Shown here in pieces: positions 10,203 to 20,112 of a DNA stretch of 64,000 bases; within the stretch, counting starts at the first letter, position 1, and every line of letters begins with the position of its first letter. The stretch spans positions 1 to 64,000 of the forward strand of contig JBMSQQ010000001.1 of the NCBI GenBank assembly GCA_049423385.1, written 5' to 3'. Position numbers and translations under genes: made by a program. Source of the DNA: Silvanigrellaceae bacterium. GTDB lineage: Bacteria > Bdellovibrionota_B > Oligoflexia > Silvanigrellales > Silvanigrellaceae. The notes under the pieces are model-generated. The model made no database searches. It worked only from the letters and a program-made list of their open reading frames with translations, and was not told the origin of the DNA.

Positions 10203-11500
10203 TGGATGCAAAAAGAAATACATCAATGACGTTTCAGATCATCATGACTCTGCTGCTGGTCAGCCAGGCGGGATGTCACAATACCGAAACGAAGCCGCTG
10301 GCTCCTTATAAAGCTGTGGTGATGAACTTTGTGCCTGGAGTGGCGCCTGCCAAAGGCACCTGGGAGATGAACACAAAGACTTTATCCACGCTTGAAGATC
10401 CCGATTCGCTGAAGGGAACCAATTTCGAAATAGTGACCGGACAAAAATTTACAATCGACGCAAGCGTTGGCTCTCTGATATCAGGACGTTTCACGGGCCA
10501 ATCATCAGGCGCGGTTGTGCGTTACGATGTCAAGAACAACACCATTTTGGCGCGTGACACGAGCACACTTTTGCTTTTCTCGAGCTTTCACACCTTCGAA
10601 AAAGTATTTGAGAAAATCGAGGCGACAACAGGTTTGACAGCAGAGTCCATAAAGAACTCCATTGGCGGAAAATTCAAGATTTACTTTGAACCCACCATTG
10701 AAGATGGGGATTCTCAGTCGAAATTGCGTCTGAGCTTGAAACTGAATGCAGCATTCTACTCGGAGGAGGACAATTTTCTTCTCTTTCGGCGATCAGAACT
10801 CGAAAAGATTCCGCTGGCGGCAAACCTCAAGGTGATTTCCCACGAGTTTGGACACGCACTTTTCAAAAATTCATTCTTTGAACAAAAAAACACGAAGTGT
10901 TCCGCCACAAGCAATGGCGAAATCGAATCGAACAGCAAAGACAAATTCTTTCCGGGTCGTTGGGAAACCGAATTTTCTATCTCTGGTTTCAATGAAGGAT
11001 TCTCCGATTTCAACAGCTACGTGAATACGGGTGACAACAATCCCATTGAAGACAGCATTGATTTTGATGACCTCAGCAAAAGATCGCTCGCTGAAAAAAA
11101 TTTCACTTTTTCACAACTCTCGAGCAGCCAGTTTTGCAATAAAAAGTTTTATTGCATTGGGACATTGTTTGCGCGCGCGCTCTATGCCGCATCTCTGCAA
11201 TACCGTTCCAATCCATCGGATTTGCAAGCCTTCAGCCGGCGGGTTTTCTCCGCACTTTCAAAGACAAGGGGCAACATGAGTGGGCAGTTGCTGCCGTTTC
11301 CCAGCCGGTCAATTGCGTCATGCAAATACCCGGATTCCATTTCAATTGAATACGATGGCAAAGTCTCGGGAGCCTTTCTTTCCGCTTTTCTTTTGGGGTT
11401 CAGCGCCACGGATGAACGTAATTCACTCTGCCGCGCGTTCATTGAACAATTCGGAAGCGAAGGATTTCCATTGGAGGCGCGCAATGTCTGCAATCCTTGA
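10199..11500 (+). CDS. Lipoprotein zinc metallopeptidase (gluzincin-like)
   Basis: Lipobox QAGC; NAAFY; VISHEFGH; NEGFSDF third-ligand motif. Confidence 0.75.
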   Translation: MMDAKRNTSMTFQIIMTLLLVSQAGCHNTETKPLAPYKAVVMNFVPGVAPAKGTWEMNTKTLSTLEDPDSLKGTNFEIVTGQKFTIDASVGSLISGRFTGQSSGAVVRYDVKNNTILARDTSTLLLFSSFHTFEKVFEKIEATTGLTAESIKNSIGGKFKIYFEPTIEDGDSQSKLRLSLKLNAAFYSEEDNFLLFRRSELEKIPLAANLKVISHEFGHALFKNSFFEQKNTKCSATSNGEIESNSKDKFFPGRWETEFSISGFNEGFSDFNSYVNTGDNNPIEDSIDFDDLSKRSLAEKNFTFSQLSSSQFCNKKFYCIGTLFARALYAASLQYRSNPSDLQAFSRRVFSALSKTRGNMSGQLLPFPSRSIASCKYPDSISIEYDGKVSGAFLSAFLLGFSATDERNSLCRAFIEQFGSEGFPLEARNVCNP

Positions 11501-12074
11501 TGTCTTCATGCCGATGATGAGTCTTGGCATCGGATATGGCGTGTCGAGCCAGGTTGATACATCGAACGTCGAAGACCAAATCCCTGGTGTGGAATTTTTT
11601 GTGCAAGGCTACAGCCCATTGCCAATAAAGGACCTCTACTTGCGACCGACTTTCCGTTTGGCATTCGAAAGGCCGGATCAATTGGAAAAGCCAAAGTCTC
11701 TATTCATTCAAGAAAGCACGCTCAGGTCTCTCATCGATTTGGGTATTGTTTATGATGGTCTCGTGGTTCCGTCATTCTCTCTTCAGGGAGGTCTCTCGAG
11801 GCGCTCGCTTTCCCTGAAGACTTCCACGCCCATCGTCGCCAACGGGGAATCTCCGTTGACCCGGAGCGAATACCTGTGGAACTTCGCATGCTCCGCTGGT
11901 TTTGGCTTGCCAATCATGGATGGGCGAATCATCCTTGAACCCTATTATCGCTTCAATTTAATTGAAAAGGATGTTCGCCAGCGTTCACAACTTGGTTTTG
12001 AGGTGAGTCTTTCCATTCCCCTTGACTCGAAGAGTCACCAAATCCAGAATCAAATAACCGGAATCAATGACTAA
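11484..12074 (+). CDS. Hypothetical OMP-like protein
   Basis: Overlaps the upstream stop; strand pattern AGFGLP..ILEPYYRF...GFEVSLS. Confidence 0.5.
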   Translation: MSAILDVFMPMMSLGIGYGVSSQVDTSNVEDQIPGVEFFVQGYSPLPIKDLYLRPTFRLAFERPDQLEKPKSLFIQESTLRSLIDLGIVYDGLVVPSFSLQGGLSRRSLSLKTSTPIVANGESPLTRSEYLWNFACSAGFGLPIMDGRIILEPYYRFNLIEKDVRQRSQLGFEVSLSIPLDSKSHQIQNQITGIND

Positions 12075-12201
12075 ACTGAAATTTTTACAAAGATAAGTGC
12101 ATCAATCAAGAAAGTCGTTGCATGGCGGGAATTTCGACTGCTACACAACTTCAGGACTCGAAAGCGAGGTTGTCGTGAGAGAACAAGGTATTTCGACTGA
12201 T

Positions 12202-13239
12202 ATGACTCAAAGTGTTTCAACGGGTGCTGCAAACGACCTGCCTGGTTCGGCTTTGGCCAAAGTCGTTGCGGACCTTCAAAAGATGCAGCCAGGACCTGGA
12301 CTGCTGCGCTTATTCTGCTCCACGTCATTGCTCGTTTTGAGCCTTGTGCTTTCCTGGCAGTTCAACACCTCGGAGTTTGGCTATTATGCCTTCGCTCTGA
12401 TGGCGGGCGTCTTTTTTGCTGCATCTGCCGTCACGACACATGATGCCATCCATCACACCCTGACGGGTTGGGAATGGTTTGATGAAGTGTCTGCGCGCGT
12501 CGTGACGTGGCCAGTGCTGTGGCCACACGGTCTCTATTCTGAACTCCATAAACTTCACCATAAGATGAATGGCGTCGACCTCCGCGATCCGGAGAGGGTC
12601 ACATACACGGAATCCGAATATGAATCTGCCGGACCATTGATGCGCTTCTACATTCGCAATCAGCTCTGGATCTCGGTTCTTTTTGCAGGCGGAATTGGCA
12701 TGATCGCCGGACACATCGGCCGAGCAATCAAGTTCCTTCCACAGTCGAAAGCCCTACGTAGACAGATGACATATGACATCGTTGGAATCGTTCTTCTGAA
12801 CGGAATGCTTTACGCGTTTGCGGCTTACCATGGGCAACTCGGCAAGGCAGTGCTGTTGTATCTTCTGGTTGAGCGCGTGGGTGGCGGACTTCTTCAATTC
12901 AGGGCCCACATCGAACATTATGGTTTGTCCGGCAAGCGTGCAAACTACTTTGCAACCCAATTGCACACCTGCCGAAACATCGAAACCAACGCGGCAATGT
13001 CATGGCTCATGAATGGACTCAATTTTCACTCCATTCACCATGCGTTTCCGAAAGTGCCATTCTATCATCTTGAAGAGGCGACCCGCCGGATGGATGCATT
13101 GCTGGATGAAAATTCTGCCGACGCAATGCCTCATGCTCAAGGTTACCTGCGCACCTACCTGAGCCTTTCACGCAAGATGAGACTGCTGAACGACAAGCCA
13201 CAGCCATCGTTCCAGAAACCCACACCCGTTACGGAATGA
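12202..13239 (+). CDS. Membrane fatty acid desaturase family protein
   Basis: His boxes HDAIH, HKLHH, HIEH and HSIHH; TM segments; start uncertain (ORF opens at 12097). Confidence 0.9.
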   Translation: MTQSVSTGAANDLPGSALAKVVADLQKMQPGPGLLRLFCSTSLLVLSLVLSWQFNTSEFGYYAFALMAGVFFAASAVTTHDAIHHTLTGWEWFDEVSARVVTWPVLWPHGLYSELHKLHHKMNGVDLRDPERVTYTESEYESAGPLMRFYIRNQLWISVLFAGGIGMIAGHIGRAIKFLPQSKALRRQMTYDIVGIVLLNGMLYAFAAYHGQLGKAVLLYLLVERVGGGLLQFRAHIEHYGLSGKRANYFATQLHTCRNIETNAAMSWLMNGLNFHSIHHAFPKVPFYHLEEATRRMDALLDENSADAMPHAQGYLRTYLSLSRKMRLLNDKPQPSFQKPTPVTE

Positions 13240-14185
13240 AAGTGCGCAGTGGCTTGCGGGCGACCGGCATGTAGGGAAGCCTGCAGTAGTCGTTCATCAC
13301 CCTGCCCAGATCATCTGGCACACAGGAGCGTTCTTCGACACTCAGCCGCTGATCCCTATCGGGCACAAGCAGGGACTTGCTCTCGCAATGCCAAGCGCTG
13401 TTGACAGAACTGATTCTCAAAAATGGTCCAAGGCCAAAACGGTAGTCACGTGTCTTGAGGGCACAAACACTCAGGGTGGTCGCATCGCGCTCGGGCAAAA
13501 CGATCAGCGTGGGTGTGCAATAGAGTGCATCCGGAAACGACATTTGGCATTGATCCTTCAACCATCCTGGCATCCGCAAGGCCGCGGCTCCCTTGCTTGA
13601 GTTCACCCAATTTTGGATTCCAAAAACATCGGAACGTGAACCTTCATAGCGCCAGTCGAATTCTGCAACAGCACAGCGGCTGCCAATCTCTTGAACGAAG
13701 TCGAGCGGGCTGAGCGCCGACATTTCGTAATGAGCACAGACGAGGGTTGGTGAATTGGCCGGAGTTGAAGATCCGGAATAGGCAAAAAGGCCACGCCCGG
13801 TGGTTGGATTGTGCGAGCAAGCAATGGTTCTTTCATCGCCTTGCCTGCACATGGGCTTGCCATCCCAGGTTTCATCGATGGGCGATTTCAACGAGTCGTC
13901 CGTCCGAGGCTCGTTTTCTTTGGCAATCATGCACCTTTCTGCAAAGATTCTTGCTGCCACATCCGAAAACCTCGATTTTTCCCCGGACACTTCTTTTGAA
14001 GCAAAAAGAGCGAGCCTTTGGCAGTCTTCGCCACCCAATCCATTTGCAACACTTGTGTCTGCGGCCTTCAACAGAAAATTGAGCGACTCACCCAATTGTG
14101 ACGACTCGGCACCGAAAGCCGTATGACTCAAAAAGACTGAACATATCCAAACGGCAACCACACACTGCGGACTTCTTGATTCCAT
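13229..14185 (-). CDS. Cys-rich secreted hypothetical protein
   Basis: AAGGAGG RBS before MESRSP; signal peptide ending TAFG; many Cys. Confidence 0.55.
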   Translation of the reverse strand: MESRSPQCVVAVWICSVFLSHTAFGAESSQLGESLNFLLKAADTSVANGLGGEDCQRLALFASKEVSGEKSRFSDVAARIFAERCMIAKENEPRTDDSLKSPIDETWDGKPMCRQGDERTIACSHNPTTGRGLFAYSGSSTPANSPTLVCAHYEMSALSPLDFVQEIGSRCAVAEFDWRYEGSRSDVFGIQNWVNSSKGAAALRMPGWLKDQCQMSFPDALYCTPTLIVLPERDATTLSVCALKTRDYRFGLGPFLRISSVNSAWHCESKSLLVPDRDQRLSVEERSCVPDDLGRVMNDYCRLPYMPVARKPLRTFIP

Positions 14186-14326
14186 CGGGTCCTCCTTCAT
14201 GGAAGTTCCCTCAACAGTTCACTGCGGCTGTCGAAAATTCAAAAAGCAAACTTGAAAGTGAAAAAAGATTTGCCCATCTGCGTGCAGCAGACAGGCATGC
14301 CCAAAATTCAAAATGAAAATTGAAAT

Positions 14327-14521
14327 TCAACGAGAGGCGTCTACAACACTCAATTTTCCATTGGTTTTGCTCTTTTTCACCGGAGTTTGAAACAGTGAAT
14401 TGGCGTCGAGAATCTGATCCAACCGTTGACTCGTTGGAGTTCCGGAACTCGACTTCATCCAACCCAAAAAGCCGGAGATGAGAGTCAAAGCGACAAACGC
14501 CGAAAAGAATCTGTAAAGCAT
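14327..14521 (-). CDS. Small membrane-anchored or secreted protein (64 aa)
   Basis: Strong GAGGAGG RBS; N-terminal hydrophobic helix. Confidence 0.55.
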   Translation of the reverse strand: MLYRFFSAFVALTLISGFLGWMKSSSGTPTSQRLDQILDANSLFQTPVKKSKTNGKLSVVDASR

Positions 14522-14656
14522 CCAAAGCCCTCCTCAAGACAGATGCCTTGGCGATGCGTAACAAGGAATTCAAGCTCTGCCAACAACTTTTTGGCTTCCA
14601 AGCCAATAGCTGTAAAACACATGTTTTTAGCGATAAAATAGACCCATAATTACTCA

Positions 14657-15328
14657 TTATTTTTGGTCAATATTCGCAACGGTTTCAGTCGCATCTCTGG
14701 CTTGAGTGAGTGATTTTAAAAGTTGACAAACGTCTTCGTCGCCAACCTCGGCGAAATCAGAATAAAAGTCTCCAACAGCGGCGAAGTGGTCCGGAACGTA
14801 AAGACACTCAAGATGCTCTGCAAATCGCCGCATCATTTCGACACCTTCACGCGACGCAACCGGAACGGCAGCGATGATGCGAGCTGGCTGTTTGCGACGG
14901 ACCCACATCAGGGCTGCACGCATTGTCGCGCCCGTTGCGACTCCATCATCGACGACAATCACTGTCTTGTTGGCAAGGGATATTCTTGGCAAGTATTTTC
15001 GCCAGCGGAATTCGCGAACTCTGAGAACTTCCAGGCTTTTTTTAAGCCAAAGGCGCATTTGTTGTTTTGGAACCTGGAGAACATCCTCATCCTCGGGATA
15101 AAAGTTGCCCTCCACATCCGCGGCTCCGAGGGCAAATTCCGGGGCCAGAGGTGACGCGATTTTACGAACAGGCACGAGGCTCATGGGACAATTGAGTCCC
15201 TGAGAGAGAATAACTCCCATGGGAACGGCTCCTCGAGGAATCGCCAATACAACTGTCTCGGGCGTTTTGAATTTGAACAGTTTTTCCAACAAAAGTTTTG
15301 CCGCTGATTGTCGATTTTCGAAATTCAT
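14657..15328 (-). CDS. Phosphoribosyltransferase family protein
   Basis: FENRQSAA, LAIPRGAVP, VRKI..P..PEFALGA, VIVVDDGVATGAT, FAAVGDFYSDF; AAGGAG RBS. Confidence 0.9.
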   Translation of the reverse strand: MNFENRQSAAKLLLEKLFKFKTPETVVLAIPRGAVPMGVILSQGLNCPMSLVPVRKIASPLAPEFALGAADVEGNFYPEDEDVLQVPKQQMRLWLKKSLEVLRVREFRWRKYLPRISLANKTVIVVDDGVATGATMRAALMWVRRKQPARIIAAVPVASREGVEMMRRFAEHLECLYVPDHFAAVGDFYSDFAEVGDEDVCQLLKSLTQARDATETVANIDQK

Positions 15329-15438
15329 CTGCGACTCCTTTGGCTTGAGTGTCCGTCCGCAGTCTCCCGTACGACTCAAGACAATGATTCAAGATACCGA
15401 GTGAAAGAGAGCATTATTTTCTTGCCAGGGGTTTGTTG

Positions 15439-15924
15439 ATGACCAAGCGGAGTGAAGCCAGTCCTCGGGTTGTGCTCTTGATGGCATCCGTGTTCTTGGG
15501 TTTGGGAATACTTCCAGGCTGTGGTGATACGGGCCAACCAGACAGCATAGCTGTTCCAATTTCACATTCGGATGCCAACGCGACCGACCGCAACTCAACA
15601 AGGTCCGCCGCGACCGCGGGAAGTCCATCGGAAAGCTCCACCCCGGAGGCGGGTCGATACGCAAATTACATCAAGCAAAATCCCGTCTCCAGCTACTATA
15701 CTCCCTATGAACCAAAGCTTCTCTTTTATTCTCTCTACGTAAACTGTCTGGGCTGCCATGAGTTTGTGGGTAGCTTGGCTCAGGTAAAATCACGACTCGA
15801 GAAAAACAAGCCCAACGGCTCGATTCAAGACAAGATTTTGTCTGGCTCAATGCCGCCAAACAAGCCGAAATTCGCGACTTCTCCCGAGGGCAAGGAGCTT
15901 TTGGACCTACTCAACAAACTGTAA
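15439..15924 (+). CDS. Monoheme cytochrome c lipoprotein
   Basis: Lipobox LPGC; CLGCH heme motif; GSMPP distal Met. Confidence 0.8.
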   Translation: MTKRSEASPRVVLLMASVFLGLGILPGCGDTGQPDSIAVPISHSDANATDRNSTRSAATAGSPSESSTPEAGRYANYIKQNPVSSYYTPYEPKLLFYSLYVNCLGCHEFVGSLAQVKSRLEKNKPNGSIQDKILSGSMPPNKPKFATSPEGKELLDLLNKL

Positions 15925-16011
15925 ACACTTCTGAATTAATTTTTTTTTCAAAATGTCTTTAGGAAAGAAGGAAAGAGACCGAATTTGCCTACAAGTACAG
16001 GAGGCAGAGGC

Positions 16012-17166
16012 ATGAGCTCCATCAAGAATTCCCCGACACAGATGACAGACGCAGACGCAGTTGAGGGTCAGAATCTCGGTGAGTTGGCTCAACAGAGTCA
16101 GCCTGTGGATTCGAGAAAGGCAGACAGGCGTCAAGCTCTGAGCTTTTCATTTGTCGGGGGTGTTGCTGCTTTGCTTGCTGCCTGCGGCAAGTACGTTGCC
16201 CGATTTGACAAGGATGGTTCGAACCTGACGAATGGGACTGTCCGTCCAAAGGGTGATGATGCGGAAGGGGTTGGGACAAACAACACTTCCGGAACCAGCA
16301 ATACAAGCAACACGGGTGGCCCTACCGACCCGAACAACTCCACCAACCCCGTTGCAACAGCAACCCCAGGAACATCAACAAATCCTGGTGGCCTGAAACC
16401 GGGAACCTGCTTGCCAGTGAGCGTTCAAACTGTAGATACCTCGACAGCCAATTCCGGCATCGTGGTCGACAACCCGGCAGTTGAATCCTTCAAACTTTAT
16501 TACGGCAAATCATCTCGCCTGTTGGGAATCAAGTTTGCGGCTGGAAAAGTTGCCGTTGGAGACTTTATTCACCTTGTCGCCAAGGCAGCACAGGCAGACA
16601 ATTCAGGAAAGATTGTTGCGACTCGCCGTGCTCAATCGACAGACGTTGATTCCAGCAATGTGACGCGCATGGTTTTCGATACGTTGACCCTGATGGGCAA
16701 CGGCTGGCTGGACGTTGTTATCGTCAAGGCGTCCGGAGCAAAGTCCAAGGCAATCTTGAACGTCTCGTCGGTCTACAACAGCAAGGACGGCCTCGAAATT
16801 GTCGACATGGGTTCGGGACTGCTCAGCGCTGCAGCCCAAACCAAAGTCTACTCGGATGTCAGTTTTGGCCAGGCTGGGTCGCCCAACATGGCAAACACTT
16901 CAACCATTCTTTCAAATGCAAAAACACTGGGACCACAGTTCCGCGAAGGTACGGCCTACAGTGCCGCCCAGGACAATTCCACCTGGAATGTTTCTTCACT
17001 GGTTGCTTCTGCAACGCATGTTGAAAACATCTTCGGAGAAGATGTGAAACCAGCCAACGCAAGCAGCGCAGGACTTTTCAGCACAAACAACAGTTTTGCA
17101 GTGTACCTGCAGCGCAGTGGCGGCGGAAAAACTTATTATGTGCGCTATTTCTTCTTCATCGGATAA
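16012..17166 (+). CDS. Tat-type lipoprotein of unknown function
   Basis: AGGAGG RBS; DRRQAL twin-Arg motif, h-region and LAAC lipobox; T/S/N/G linker. Confidence 0.7.
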   Translation: MSSIKNSPTQMTDADAVEGQNLGELAQQSQPVDSRKADRRQALSFSFVGGVAALLAACGKYVARFDKDGSNLTNGTVRPKGDDAEGVGTNNTSGTSNTSNTGGPTDPNNSTNPVATATPGTSTNPGGLKPGTCLPVSVQTVDTSTANSGIVVDNPAVESFKLYYGKSSRLLGIKFAAGKVAVGDFIHLVAKAAQADNSGKIVATRRAQSTDVDSSNVTRMVFDTLTLMGNGWLDVVIVKASGAKSKAILNVSSVYNSKDGLEIVDMGSGLLSAAAQTKVYSDVSFGQAGSPNMANTSTILSNAKTLGPQFREGTAYSAAQDNSTWNVSSLVASATHVENIFGEDVKPANASSAGLFSTNNSFAVYLQRSGGGKTYYVRYFFFIG

Positions 17167-17188
17167 GGCGACTTAAGGGAGATCAGTC

Positions 17189-18520
17189 ATGGCAGAATTG
17201 CACAGTGAAGTGACGAGCAAAGAGTTTCGCATGGACCGTCGCCAGCTCCTCAAGTGGACTGCCGCAGCAGTTGCCGCTGGAAAATTCATGAACATCAATG
17301 AAGCTCTGGCGGCGGGTGAGTGCACGCAGATTGGCAATTTGAGTGACCTCACCAAAGGCCTTGAGGGGGTTACCAAAGTCACTCCAACGCCAGGCAGTGT
17401 CGCAGCAAAATCATTCCTTTACTGGATTGATGGTCCGATGAACGCATCGCTGAATGGCTTCGGCAGTGGACAAACCACCCGAGCCCGGTTGTCCTGCACA
17501 ATGCACCTCCCGCAAACTTCGAGCTCATTCATTGAAACCGTCATTTTAACAGACTCAAGCTACAACATCATTGCGCAACAGTTTTACAATGCCGACTCAC
17601 GTCTTCCTGTCGGCAATTACGCCCCTTATGCAATTTTTGAAAACCTGCCGCTCGTCAAAAGCAACACCTACAAAGTGATCTTCATCCAGAACAACGGAGC
17701 CAGCTCCGTTGTCTTTGAACATGAAATCAAGGATCCTCAACCCAGCCGTTTCGACTATGCCCACCTGAGCGCCGATGCTCGCGCGGAGCATATCCTCTCG
17801 ATTCTCTCGAGTGAGTTGAATGCGCTTGCTTCAAGTTCAACCATGGATGGTCTTCCGCCATCGGTGAACTACAGGTTTGCGAACTTCACAACGGGTGATG
17901 AGGACGAAACGCCCGGAACCGGCTTTGTGACGACCCCGTTCGGAACTTGGCAAACAGGACCGCACACCGCACGCGCACGAGTGCAGAAAATTGACCAGAG
18001 CAGCGGTGACTTTGAAATTCTTGTTGAATTCATGCACTCCGATCCGCAGACAGACGCCCACTACATGCGTTATTTCCTCGTGCTTGATCCCGTAGGGCGT
18101 GTGTTGGGTGCAGTGCGACGCATCAAGGGTGGCGATAGTTACTCAACAGCCGTTCAGAGCATCCTCGTGCGAAAGGGGTTCTTCACGCCCATCAACAAAA
18201 CCATTTACAACAGCTTGCCCCCAGACGAAAAACTGCGCTGCCATGGCCACAACCGCGATACAGGCGCTTTGGTCACAAACCAGGCGGATTTGATGAACCC
18301 TAATGTGGAAATTTATGCCCGCCTTCATGTGCGCCACAATGACGCTCACACGGCGCTGGACACGACGGTCGGCACCAATGGCTTCTGGTTGCCAGCGGAT
18401 GCCGCCGACGCAAAATACAAACAGCTGAATGCGGTGAACATTATCAACTGTCCACACATCCAGATTCTGACGGATGACAAGCTGCACGCACTTGCGCGCT
18501 GCTCCATGCGTCTACGTTGA
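17189..18520 (+). CDS. Tat-exported protein with an SOR/desulfoferrodoxin-like His cluster
   Basis: DRRQLLKW...ALA signal; GPH..., MHSDPQTDAHYMRYF, TDDKLH; GGGAG RBS. Confidence 0.65.
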   Translation: MAELHSEVTSKEFRMDRRQLLKWTAAAVAAGKFMNINEALAAGECTQIGNLSDLTKGLEGVTKVTPTPGSVAAKSFLYWIDGPMNASLNGFGSGQTTRARLSCTMHLPQTSSSFIETVILTDSSYNIIAQQFYNADSRLPVGNYAPYAIFENLPLVKSNTYKVIFIQNNGASSVVFEHEIKDPQPSRFDYAHLSADARAEHILSILSSELNALASSSTMDGLPPSVNYRFANFTTGDEDETPGTGFVTTPFGTWQTGPHTARARVQKIDQSSGDFEILVEFMHSDPQTDAHYMRYFLVLDPVGRVLGAVRRIKGGDSYSTAVQSILVRKGFFTPINKTIYNSLPPDEKLRCHGHNRDTGALVTNQADLMNPNVEIYARLHVRHNDAHTALDTTVGTNGFWLPADAADAKYKQLNAVNIINCPHIQILTDDKLHALARCSMRLR

Positions 18521-18552
18521 TTTCATTTTGCGAAATGGTGGCACCCCGCGAG

Positions 18553-18590
18553 AAAAGCCCCCGGTGATTTGATTCACCGGGGGCTTTTTT
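18553..18590. terminator. Bidirectional intrinsic terminator
   Basis: AAAAGCCCCCGGTGA-TTTGAT-TCACCGGGGGCTTTTTT between convergent genes. Confidence 0.9.
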
Positions 18591-18641
18591 GTTCGGCAAA
18601 CACGCGAACCTGATTCTAACGAAATCAGTTCAGGAGCCGCC

Positions 18642-19841
18642 CTACTTGCACACCACATTGTCAACCGCGGGGCCTTTTCCGCCAGGAGCCGCAGGCTTGA
18701 AATCGATGGGCACAGTGATTGCACCCACACGCAACCTGAGCTGCTGCGCGTCAACTTCAACATACTGAATCGTGCCTATAGAGGTTGTGATGCCGTAGAC
18801 GTTGGTCTTGACACCGTCTGCCTTGAAACGCTGAACATCGGAAAGTCCGAATCCGCGCAAAAAGTTGATGTCAAAGTCGATGGTTCCCAGAATCGGAATG
18901 TTGCGCACCTTGACAGTGCATTTCAAGGGACTGCGCATCTGCATGGACAAGAGAATATTCGAACTCGCTCCGCCAACCATCAAAGTGTCGGTATTGGCAA
19001 TAACCTGCCGGGTTGTTTCGTCACCAGGACCCTCGGGAACGAATTCCCGAATTCTGTTGTAAATGTTGTTCAGGTTGTTGCCCTTGAGAAAGACACTCAG
19101 ATTTTTTCGCCAGTCGAATCCTGGTTCAAGCACAACGTTTGCAATCGCCGTGAATGCAGCCGACGGAGTGAGCGCAGGTGGCTGTTGAAAGCCGGGAACC
19201 TGGAAAAACTGGATCGGAATATCGACGATGCGTTCTGCCTCAGTCACGATTGTAATTCGGCTTGGGCGCGACAAATCCAAAAACTTGACCGGACTCAGAT
19301 TACCACCTGCGGAATCCGCAATCGACAATCCGGAAATCGAAACCAACTGCTTTCCAACAAATTTTGCAACAACTTTTTGAGCTCCAATGAGCCTCAGTCC
19401 GTTGAATATTGCAACCGCATTTGCGGCGTTGTTGGTGAGAACCAAAGAGGCGTCGTCTTTTTCCAGTTTTTGCCATGGAATTTTGCTGATAAATGACAAC
19501 AGAGAATTCGCGCCAAACGTTGAGAACAGCTGTTGCACGGTTTTGCGATCAAAGTCTGCACGGGTCAATGAGATTGTCGTAAGGCTTTTCATCAACTCGT
19601 CGAAAACATCAACGCCTGCTTGCCATTGATCTGCAGGTACCCTGTCGTCGGGTTTCACGTTGCAGTTCTGAAGTCCGAACTCGGCACACCAGGCAGGAAA
19701 ATCAATCGCGACAGCAGAACCCAGGGTCTGAATTTCAGATTCCGATTTTTCGAGTGTACCGCAGGAAACGAGAGCACCAGTTGCTGCGATTCCACCCAAC
19801 AAAATTCCCAACACACCTGGTCGCAGAGCCAATGCTTTCAT
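18642..19841 (-). CDS. Lipoprotein of unknown function
   Basis: GAGG RBS before MKALAL; lipobox LVSC. Confidence 0.7.
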   Translation of the reverse strand: MKALALRPGVLGILLGGIAATGALVSCGTLEKSESEIQTLGSAVAIDFPAWCAEFGLQNCNVKPDDRVPADQWQAGVDVFDELMKSLTTISLTRADFDRKTVQQLFSTFGANSLLSFISKIPWQKLEKDDASLVLTNNAANAVAIFNGLRLIGAQKVVAKFVGKQLVSISGLSIADSAGGNLSPVKFLDLSRPSRITIVTEAERIVDIPIQFFQVPGFQQPPALTPSAAFTAIANVVLEPGFDWRKNLSVFLKGNNLNNIYNRIREFVPEGPGDETTRQVIANTDTLMVGGASSNILLSMQMRSPLKCTVKVRNIPILGTIDFDINFLRGFGLSDVQRFKADGVKTNVYGITTSIGTIQYVEVDAQQLRLRVGAITVPIDFKPAAPGGKGPAVDNVVCK

Positions 19842-19903
19842 GAGCCTACCTCGCTTCCGAACTCGAACAGACAATTGTCAACTCGGCCTACCCGCCACGA
19901 CCA

Positions 19904-19919
19904 AGCAAAATGCCTGCCA
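19904..19919 (-). promoter_or_regulatory. Sigma54 -24/-12 promoter
   Basis: TGGCAGGCATTTTGCT (GG-N10-GC), about 60 bp before the start. Confidence 0.6.
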
Positions 19920-20112
19920 CGGAGGAACTCTAAGCCCAACGTCTCAAATGTCCGCTCAACAACGGAGAATCTCTTATATTTACAAACGATGTACTGCCAA
20001 TCAGGAAAGCATAAAATGAACGGCACCGCAAAGAGTTTTTGCAGTGCCTACAATTTGGACAGTGATAAGCAGCGCAATTTCTGCGCCGCGGAAATTCATC
20101 GAGGATTCAATT

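Noticed and set aside
14211..14657. 148-aa minus-strand ORF
   Set aside because: Overlaps a better-supported 64-aa ORF with a strong RBS; no recognisable features
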